A stretch of 32,000 nt of DNA, taken from positions 1,620,001 through 1,652,000 of the forward strand of contig NC_009483.1 in NCBI RefSeq assembly GCF_000016745.1. Reading direction: 5' to 3'. This document shows positions 26,797 through 32,000 of the stretch, one piece after another (positions within the stretch are counted from its first letter, which is position 1; every line of letters begins with the position of its first letter). Under the pieces are notes generated by a model, which had not been told where the DNA came from, did no database searches, and saw only the letters and a program-made list of their open reading frames with translations. The translations under genes and the position numbers were made by a program. The DNA is from Geotalea uraniireducens Rf4 (GTDB taxonomy: Bacteria; Desulfobacterota; Desulfuromonadia; Geobacterales; Geobacteraceae).

Positions 26797-26825
26797 ACGA
26801 TACACCTATCGATGCGTGTTGTCAA
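26797..26825 (-). promoter_or_regulatory. candidate sigma70 promoter and operator for vapBC
   Basis: The minus strand reads TTGACA (26825-26820), a 17-nt spacer, then TATCGT (26802-26797). The spacer and -10 region contain the inverted repeat CGATA-n4-TATCG. Confidence 0.5.
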
Positions 26826-26947
26826 TCAGATGAAAAGCGGAAGGAACGTGAAAAGAAATCATTGCTTCTTTTGGGGCCAAAGCACCCAACATTTTACAAA
26901 ACCTATTTTTGTTAATTATTGAACTCTGACCCTTCTGTTTGCCCCCT

Positions 26948-27040
26948 TTAGCTCCGAATCCAGCGCCGAAATGGCCAATGAACATGGGTTGGTTCCTTTA
27001 TTTGTCCTATGTCCAGGGCAGAAACCTTTGCCACTCCTGA
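26948..27040. repeat. direct repeat A2 (relic copy including 13 codons, MFIGHFGAGFGAK, of the membrane-protein gene)
   Basis: See repeat A1. In this copy the ORF diverges after codon 13 and is not followed by the rest of the gene. Confidence 0.9.
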
Positions 27041-27052
27041 CCTCAATTCCTT

Positions 27053-27235
27053 CTAATCATTGTCCCAGCTCTCTTCCCTTAGAAGACGTTTTCCATGAAC
27101 AACGGCAATGATGTAAATCTGTGCAGTTGTGGGGATATGCCGATAGACGATTCGGTAGGGATCGACAATTACTTCTCTGTAAGGAGAGTCGGGGAATTCA
27201 GGAAGGTTACGACCGGAGGTGGGAAATTCAGGCAA
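27053..27235 (-). pseudogene. 5'-truncated ParE/RelE-family toxin remnant with no cognate antitoxin gene
   Basis: Only the C-terminal beta-sheet part is present (PEFP.SGR...REVIVDPYRIVYRHIPTTAQIYIIAVVHGKRLL). The N-terminal helical hairpin of about 35-40 aa and a parD-like gene are missing. No ATG is available (TTG only). Confidence 0.65.
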
Positions 27236-27236
27236 T

Positions 27237-27280
27237 CGGGAATTATAAGGGGTCGCGTCGGGAATTATAAGGGGTCGCGT
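27237..27280. repeat. perfect tandem duplication, 2 x 22 bp
   Basis: CGGGAATTATAAGGGGTCGCGT occurs twice back to back. Two more degenerate GGGAA(A)TTCAGG units lie at 27192-27232. Confidence 0.9.
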
Positions 27281-28098
27281 CTACATTCTTCAAAAAGTGG
27301 AAAGTGTAGACGCGACCCCTCCTGCTGCCCCTTGTTTTCAAATTCGTCTTTACAGAATTCATTTTGGTACTTTATACGTTCCACTAAGCCATATAAACCG
27401 GGGAACAATGATGCTGGGCTGATGCCCAGGCGGAAAAGCTGGTACCTGAGAGTCGGAAAGGACTTTGCAGGTATTTCGATCCTTGAGAGGAGCAAATCAG
27501 CGTCCTTGGTGTTTTCGAATGGCACAAATACGTCATTATCTGCCTGCCTATGGTGAACGGTAAAAACTCCCGACTGAGCTTGAATGTATGGGAATATGTA
27601 TTCGGGGAAATACAGAAGCGTGTTTTCAATCGAAAACGGTGAAGCAAGGTTTGGAGGGAGATCGGTGGTGGAACTAATCGCTTCTGTGGGTTCGTAAATG
27701 AATCCCCAAACAACCCCCGCTTCCTCTTTGTCGGCAGGTTTGCATACCGTGAACCACAGAGCAGCAAGAGGGTTTCTCGTCCAGTCGAGAAGACGCGTTG
27801 GAAGCCGGTTGTGTTGTGCAACAGCTAACCACTGCCAATCATTGGTGGGCGTGAATCCCAAATATGGGAGTGCTTCTCTCTTGAACTCCTCAAAAACCTC
27901 TTTCTCAACATAGGACCAAAGCCTACGTTTTTTGTCGCGTCCTACGGATGGTATGAGGGGTAAATTGCGTCTTTGTCCTCTGAATACAACGTGGCCATCA
28001 GACGATAGCCATGTCACTAGCTCAATGAACTCTTCAATTCTGGATATGCAAAAGAGCCGTGGACTACCTGGTTTCTTCTCGATCAAGTACTTGTCCAA
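27265..28098 (-). CDS. FRG-domain protein
   Basis: 277 aa with a TTG start after GAGGGAAAG. VVFRGQRRNLPLIPS and WQWLAVAQHNRLPTRLLDWTRNPLAALWF match the FRG-domain pattern. Confidence 0.7.
   Translation of the reverse strand: MDKYLIEKKPGSPRLFCISRIEEFIELVTWLSSDGHVVFRGQRRNLPLIPSVGRDKKRRLWSYVEKEVFEEFKREALPYLGFTPTNDWQWLAVAQHNRLPTRLLDWTRNPLAALWFTVCKPADKEEAGVVWGFIYEPTEAISSTTDLPPNLASPFSIENTLLYFPEYIFPYIQAQSGVFTVHHRQADNDVFVPFENTKDADLLLSRIEIPAKSFPTLRYQLFRLGISPASLFPGLYGLVERIKYQNEFCKDEFENKGQQEGSRLHFPLFEECRRDPL
27270..27320. repeat. perfect 16-bp inverted repeat (hairpin) spanning the 3' end of the FRG gene
   Basis: AGGGGTCGCGTCTACA (27270-27285), a 19-nt loop, then TGTAGACGCGACCCCT (27305-27320). No flanking U-tract on either strand. 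Confidence 0.85.
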
Positions 28099-28350
28099 TC
28101 TTTCCCTCGTATGTGTTCTAGAATCTTAACTCGTTATTAAGCAGTTAGAGCCGGTTTGCCGTACCTGGTGGTTTATATATCTATAAATATTTCTTTGTTT
28201 CGATCTTTTGTCCGGTTTCTAATATTATAAGCTTTTCCAGTTTCGTGCCGCTAACAGGGAAAGTATATGTGTCGCGTCTAAACATTGACACTTTTTTAAA
28301 AAAACTAGGGACACTCCCCGTATTTATTGATCCGTATTACGTTGGTTTCT

Positions 28351-28782
28351 TCAGCCCTCACACCCATCCGGCGCCCGCACCACCGGCCGATTGCGCGCCG
28401 GATCGGCCGCCGGATCGCCGAAGATTCGCACCCCCTGATAAACCCACCACGCCCGTAGCGCCCACATCCCGTCCTCCTTGCAAAGCCGCTGCAGAAGCCG
28501 GTCCGCTGCTTCGCGGTACGTGTCATGGTCGAGATGCTTTTCGCGCATCAGCTGATAGAGCGCATCGTGCGCCAGCGAACCGCGCATGAAGTTCTTCGTG
28601 TCAATTGTCGGCCCGGAGGGGCCGTCCCAGGCATACCCCTTGGCGATGGTCAGGTTGCCGGCAAGATCGAGGACGATGAAGTCGGTCGTGATCGTTGCCG
28701 GTGGAATGATCCCGGTGTCGGCAAAAGTGTATTCCTCTTTCAGTTGGTACTTGTAGCCGCCATTGTAGGCGATGCACTTCAT
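28351..28782 (-). CDS. DUF1353-like protein
   Basis: ORF 28351..28839. GGAGGG favours ATG at 28782 (MKCIAYNGGYKYQLKE...). The KGYAWDGPSGPTIDT and GSLAHDALYQL motifs are recalled as DUF1353-like. The gene is GC-rich, unlike its neighbours. Confidence 0.5.
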   Translation of the reverse strand: MKCIAYNGGYKYQLKEEYTFADTGIIPPATITTDFIVLDLAGNLTIAKGYAWDGPSGPTIDTKNFMRGSLAHDALYQLMREKHLDHDTYREAADRLLQRLCKEDGMWALRAWWVYQGVRIFGDPAADPARNRPVVRAPDGCEG

Positions 28783-28931
28783 ACCTTTCCCTCCTGAACG
28801 GCCGGGGTTCATCGCCCCGTCCACACCTCTCCCTGCCAACTCTTACCCTCGCCAGAAACAAAAAAAGGCCACTGCCCCGGCATTAACCCGGTACAACGGC
28901 CCTTACTCACCCTTATCCCCCAAAACCCAAA

Positions 28932-29008
28932 AACATCCGCACTCCGGAATACATAACAAAAATCCAATTAAGGCCAACAAACTACCGCTAACGGCAGGAG
29001 AAGTCAAG
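28932..29008. repeat. direct repeat B1 (77 bp)
   Basis: AACATCCGCACTCCGGAATACATAACAAAAATCCAATTAAGGCCAACAAACTACCGCTAACGGCAGGAGAAGTCAAG. It matches 30573-30649 at 76 of 77 positions. Confidence 0.92.
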
Positions 29009-29149
29009 AGTGCAGATTTGCAGGAAACATGGAGAAATCAGAAAGAAACGGAGAATTCCGGGGGACAATGAGTAGGATCAGCTCGGCGCCTTTCCTTCTC
29101 TGCTCATCATTGGCCCTTGTCATCTTCCTGGCTCAGATTCCCCAGGCGG

Positions 29150-29581
29150 TCAAGCCTGTACTTCTTCCGGGTGATTTCTTTTGTACATATCGACGAAATT
29201 TACCGAGGGAAGATGCAACGGGGGGTAACCTCCTCGCCTGATGATATCCGCGACAGCTTCTCTTAAATATGGGAAAGCAATTGCAGCACAGTTGATTTCG
29301 GCGATTTTGCGGAAAGCATTCGTATCGTCGATCGGGTGAGAAAAAGCAAAAAGCGCTCCTCCTTCTATTGAGAGTGTGAAAGGCAGGTCAGCGCCTCCTA
29401 TATCAACCTTCATGAAAAGCTGGAGTTTTTTACTTTCGGCAACAAAATCATGCTTCATAGCAAAATTCACAGCTGTTTCTGTAAGCTTCGAAGAGTCGAA
29501 CTCTTTTTCCAACTTGATGTTAAAGTTGGAGGAAACTATCCGGAAATCGATGAATTGGAACTCGTAGTTTTCATTTGCCAT
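29150..29581 (-). CDS. SecB-like chaperone (TAC-system chaperone candidate)
   Basis: 143 aa. CAAIAFPYLREAVADIIRRGGYPPLHLPSVNFVDMY aligns with E. coli SecB [36 protein letters not shown]. The start overlaps the mqsA stop within ATGGCAAATGA. Confidence 0.8.
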   Translation of the reverse strand: MANENYEFQFIDFRIVSSNFNIKLEKEFDSSKLTETAVNFAMKHDFVAESKKLQLFMKVDIGGADLPFTLSIEGGALFAFSHPIDDTNAFRKIAEINCAAIAFPYLREAVADIIRRGGYPPLHLPSVNFVDMYKRNHPEEVQA

Positions 29582-30077
29582 AATTCACCACCAAGGTCCC
29601 CTGTATAACTTGGCCAAACTTGGCTTGGAACTGTATAACAGTTGTGCTTGTCGGCTTATTCTTGTTCTCTATGACCTTTAGTAAGTCCGGTGAGTCCTTC
29701 AGTACCCGCAGCAGATTGTCCATTGCCTCACTTTGGATAACGTCGCAATTCTCATACCTGGCGAAGCTCTTCGCCCCACCGCCAAGAAGTTCTGATGCTG
29801 CGCCCTGATTGAGCCCCAATTTTAGACGGATCTCTTTGATCTGACACGACGTAAGCAAGCCGTCTACTTCCCTGTAAAAGTCACGAAGACGCTTTGCAGA
29901 CGCCTTCATAGTCTTCTTCCCGACGAATTGCTCGCCGCATCTGTCACACTCATGCACAATGTAACCAGGGTATTCCAGTTCTTTGCCTTTGTAGGTGAAT
30001 TTCTCAGTGACGGAAGTCTCTTTTAATTTACCAATGCAAAGTGGGCACTGTTCACCATCTTTATATTCGCGTGCCAT
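29571..30077 (-). CDS. mqsA: MqsA-family antitoxin with a C-terminal extension
   Basis: 168 aa. The zinc ribbon CPLC...CDRC and the HTH (IKEIRLKLGLNQGAASELLGGGAKSFARYENCD) align with E. coli MqsA. About 30 extra C-terminal residues follow (PTSTTVIQFQAKFGQVIQGTLVVNYGK). Confidence 0.85.
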   Translation of the reverse strand: MAREYKDGEQCPLCIGKLKETSVTEKFTYKGKELEYPGYIVHECDRCGEQFVGKKTMKASAKRLRDFYREVDGLLTSCQIKEIRLKLGLNQGAASELLGGGAKSFARYENCDVIQSEAMDNLLRVLKDSPDLLKVIENKNKPTSTTVIQFQAKFGQVIQGTLVVNYGK

Positions 30078-30102
30078 GGCCTTCTGCCTCCCCTCGTTCT
30101 TG

Positions 30103-30408
30103 CTATTTTCGTTTAAATGAAATTATAACTCCTGATTCTTCACGGATCTGGAGTTTTATATAAATCTTCGTCCCATCTGGTTCGATGGAGTTGTAGACAT
30201 CCTGCCAATAGCCGGGCATGTCTTCCGACGGCATCTTTTTCTTGAATTCATCCAGGGTCACTTGCGACACCCGATCAACCATCTCGTCATCATCAGCGTA
30301 CCCGAGTGCCGCTGCTTCCTGGCGGTCTCTTCGGGTGATAATCCGGGTATCTGAATTCCTGAGAAGCCTCTTTATCTTTTCAAGCGAATAATAAGGGGTA
30401 TCTGTCAT
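30103..30408 (-). CDS. mqsR: MqsR-family ribonuclease toxin (alternative start 30432)
   Basis: YSLEKIKRLL..., YWQDVYNS and IYIKLQI...VIISFKRK align with E. coli MqsR (WQDVY, YLKITV...VSFKEK). The toxin-first gene order matches mqsRA. Confidence 0.8.
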   Translation of the reverse strand: MTDTPYYSLEKIKRLLRNSDTRIITRRDRQEAAALGYADDDEMVDRVSQVTLDEFKKKMPSEDMPGYWQDVYNSIEPDGTKIYIKLQIREESGVIISFKRK

Positions 30409-30446
30409 TAGTATGCTTTCCCTGCTAACCATGTCAAGTCAAAAAA

Positions 30447-30461
30447 GTATCATTATGATAC
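30447..30461. promoter_or_regulatory. perfect 7-1-7 palindrome upstream of mqsR (candidate MqsA operator, overlaps a TATCAT -10-like hexamer)
   Basis: GTATCAT-T-ATGATAC lies 15-39 nt upstream of the candidate mqsR starts. Confidence 0.45.
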
Positions 30462-30572
30462 CCGTAGAATAGCCGGATGCCACATCTTGTGGATGTTTTT
30501 CCTTAGCCACCACATGCAGGGCTATCCTTTGAAATTATTTTCACAGCAGCGCATTTGCGTGCTTCTTTTGGG

Positions 30573-30649
30573 AACATCCGCACTTCGGAATACATAACAA
30601 AAATCCAATTAAGGCCAACAAACTACCGCTAACGGCAGGAGAAGTCAAG
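30573..30649. repeat. direct repeat B2 (77 bp)
   Basis: Same sequence as B1 with one C/T difference (ACTCCGG versus ACTTCGG). Confidence 0.92.
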
Positions 30650-30757
30650 GGCGCACAATGTTATCACCTGAATTCTGTAAACCTCGCCAGACACAGAGAA
30701 AACCTTAAGCCTAAGCCGGACAAGCCGGAACCAAACAAGAAAGCAGAACCTCAATTG

Positions 30758-30873
30758 GACGCAGAAAAGGCGGAAAAATCGGATAAAGGCAGATTAACCT
30801 TAAAGCCACAACGAGCATGAAGCCATAAGTTTTTAAAATCCGCTTTGATCCGCCTTTTCAGATTTTCTGCGTC
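30758..30873. other. long imperfect hairpin (about 116 nt) downstream of hda
   Basis: GACGCAGAAAA (30758-30768) pairs with TTTTCTGCGTC (30863-30873). GGCGGAAAAATCGGAT pairs imperfectly with ATCCGCTTTGATCCGCC. On the + strand it is followed by the T-rich CCGTTTGTTTGTTTTG. Confidence 0.5.
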
Positions 30874-30905
30874 CCGTTTGTTTGTTTTGAGGTCTAAAAC
30901 AGAGG

Positions 30906-31631
30906 TCAGCGCTGCAAGGCCTCTTTTGCCTGGCGCAGGCTGATTTTTCGCTTGGTGGCAATGGCGTGGCGGCGGATCTGCTCCAGGGCGTTCAGCAGGG
31001 ATGGGATATCGCGGCGGATATGGACGAGCAGGTGGGCGATTACGTCTTCGGGGAGCGCAACCTGCCGGTCTTCGGCCAGTTTTTGCAGGATCATGCGCAG
31101 GGAGTCGTCTCCGGAAATATCCAGTTTCGTCACAAGTCCCCATAAAAGGCGCGAGGTAAGGTGCCCGTCAAGATGGGGGAGTTCTTTGGGGGGATTGAGG
31201 CCGGTGATCGCAATCTTTTTCCCGGCGGTATAAAAATCGTTGAAGAGCTGCCAGAGTTCAACCCGGATGTTGTCGTTGTCCGGGATCAGGTGGATGTCGT
31301 CCACCAGAAGCGCCGGGGCATTGTTGAACCGTTCGGCGAGCTTTGACGGCTCTTCTGCCGGATAGTTTCCCCGGTACAATTCATCGATGTTTTTGAAGGA
31401 GATGGAGGGAATGGCATCCAGCCCGGCCTCGCGGCAAATGCTGTTTGCCATTGCCGTCAACAGGTGGGTTTTGCCAGAGCCGGTGGAGCCGTACAGGTAG
31501 AGCAGGTTTTCAGTGCCGTCCCCCTCTGCCAGTTGCCGGGCAAAGTGATAGGCGGTTTTGTTGCCTGCGCAGACCACAAAATTGTCGAAGCCGAATTTGG
31601 GATTTACCGGAAAATCGAAAATGAGTTGCAT
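30906..31631 (-). CDS. hda: DnaA-related regulatory protein Hda
   Basis: 241 aa. FDNFVVCAGNKTAY, P-loop GSTGSGKTHLL, LLVDDIHLI and a C-terminal AAA lid. No DnaA domain IV. Confidence 0.8.
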   Translation of the reverse strand: MQLIFDFPVNPKFGFDNFVVCAGNKTAYHFARQLAEGDGTENLLYLYGSTGSGKTHLLTAMANSICREAGLDAIPSISFKNIDELYRGNYPAEEPSKLAERFNNAPALLVDDIHLIPDNDNIRVELWQLFNDFYTAGKKIAITGLNPPKELPHLDGHLTSRLLWGLVTKLDISGDDSLRMILQKLAEDRQVALPEDVIAHLLVHIRRDIPSLLNALEQIRRHAIATKRKISLRQAKEALQR

Positions 31632-31633
31632 GG

Positions 31634-32000
31634 CTAAAAGAGTTTCCCTTGCGGCGGTTCCGGCACGATCCGTCCGAAATGCAGGTAGGCGGCCTTGGTG
31701 GCGACCCGGCCGCGCGGGGTGCGGTTCAGGAAGCCATTCTGGATCAGGAACGGTTCATAGACGTCCTCGATGGTGTCGCTCTCCTCGCTGATGGCTGCGG
31801 CGATGGTGTCGAGCCCTACCGGTCCGCCGCCGAACTTGTCGATGATGGTCAGAAGGATCATCCGGTCCATCTGGTCGAATCCCATTTCGTCGATTTCCAG
31901 GAGCGCCAGGGCGTCCTGCACTACCTTCATGGTAATGACGCCATCCGCCTTCACCTGGGCGAAGTCGCGGACCCTGCGCAGGAGCCGGTTGGCGATCCGG
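31634..32000 (-). CDS. ruvB: Holliday junction helicase RuvB, C-terminal part (5' end lies beyond the window)
   Basis: The frame stays open to the window edge. [22 protein letters not shown]..., [37 protein letters not shown] and [20 protein letters not shown] are RuvB signatures. Confidence 0.92.
   Translation of the reverse strand, partial: RIANRLLRRVRDFAQVKADGVITMKVVQDALALLEIDEMGFDQMDRMILLTIIDKFGGGPVGLDTIAAAISEESDTIEDVYEPFLIQNGFLNRTPRGRVATKAAYLHFGRIVPEPPQGKLF

Noticed and set aside
28932-29008. dif/Xer-like recombination site inside the 77-bp repeat (ATACATAAC segment)
   Set aside because: Only a single half-site-like hexamer (ACATAA) is present. There is no opposing arm with a 6-8-nt spacer, so by eye it does not resemble a 28-bp dif site.
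26032-30649. Chromosomal integron cassette array (same-orientation, TA-rich cassettes separated by repeats)
   Set aside because: No intI gene or attI is present in the window. The two repeat pairs are unrelated to each other, whereas integron attC sites in one array resemble each other. The repeats lack the imperfect-palindrome R''-L''/L'-R' organisation and GTTRRRY core sites. One pair is plainly a duplicated host gene start.
1-32000. CRISPR arrays, tRNA or rRNA genes
   Set aside because: No regularly spaced short repeats and no cloverleaf-like or rRNA-like segments were seen on reading through. The only tandem repeat is the 2 x 22-bp unit at 27237-27280.

Overview
The window reads as a chromosomal segment from a Geobacter-like deltaproteobacterium (Desulfuromonadia). 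That guess rests on the multihaem c7-type cytochrome, GC-rich housekeeping genes and gene content, and is inferred only. All homology calls come from reading the translated ORFs and from memory; no searches were run.

- **1-2.3 kb:** a thiol/redox gene set, comprising a SHOCT protein, a small Cys/His protein, an AhpD-like CxxC protein with a CC..CC tail, and a NapH-like 4Fe-4S membrane protein.
- **2.6-4.0 kb:** an intact ISL3-family insertion sequence with 26-bp inverted repeats and an 8-bp target duplication. It sits in a long non-coding region upstream of arsA.
- **4.3-9.8 kb:** a non-canonical arsenic cluster. arsA and arsD are followed by a Cys-motif single-TM protein, a DsbD/CcdA-fold membrane protein with vicinal Cys pairs, a hexahaem cytochrome and an APC permease. 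No arsB/acr3, arsC or arsR is present in the window.
- **10-18.2 kb:** minus-strand housekeeping and RNA-repair genes (lpxC, ubiB-like, phasin-like, DUF2905, queH, archease, rtcB, dbpA), then a BrnT/BrnA toxin-antitoxin pair.
- **18.4-24.8 kb:** two cell-wall genes, an NlpC/P60 lipoprotein and an L,D-transpeptidase. They are separated by an AT-rich islet of about 3.9 kb (LysR regulator, M24 peptidase, MerR regulator) bracketed by a duplicated copy of the NlpC/P60 3' end.
- **26-30.7 kb:** a toxin-antitoxin-rich mosaic, all on the minus strand. It holds vapBC, a 5'-truncated parE-like remnant, an FRG-domain protein, a DUF1353-like protein and a tripartite MqsR-MqsA-SecB-like (TAC-type) module.
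- **30.9-32.0 kb:** hda and the 3' part of ruvB.

The most notable pattern is that three separate cassettes are each bounded by long direct repeats, and no integrase or transposase lies inside any of them. The cassettes are the AT-rich islet, vapBC and the TAC module. Two of the three repeat pairs duplicate the ends of neighbouring genes.
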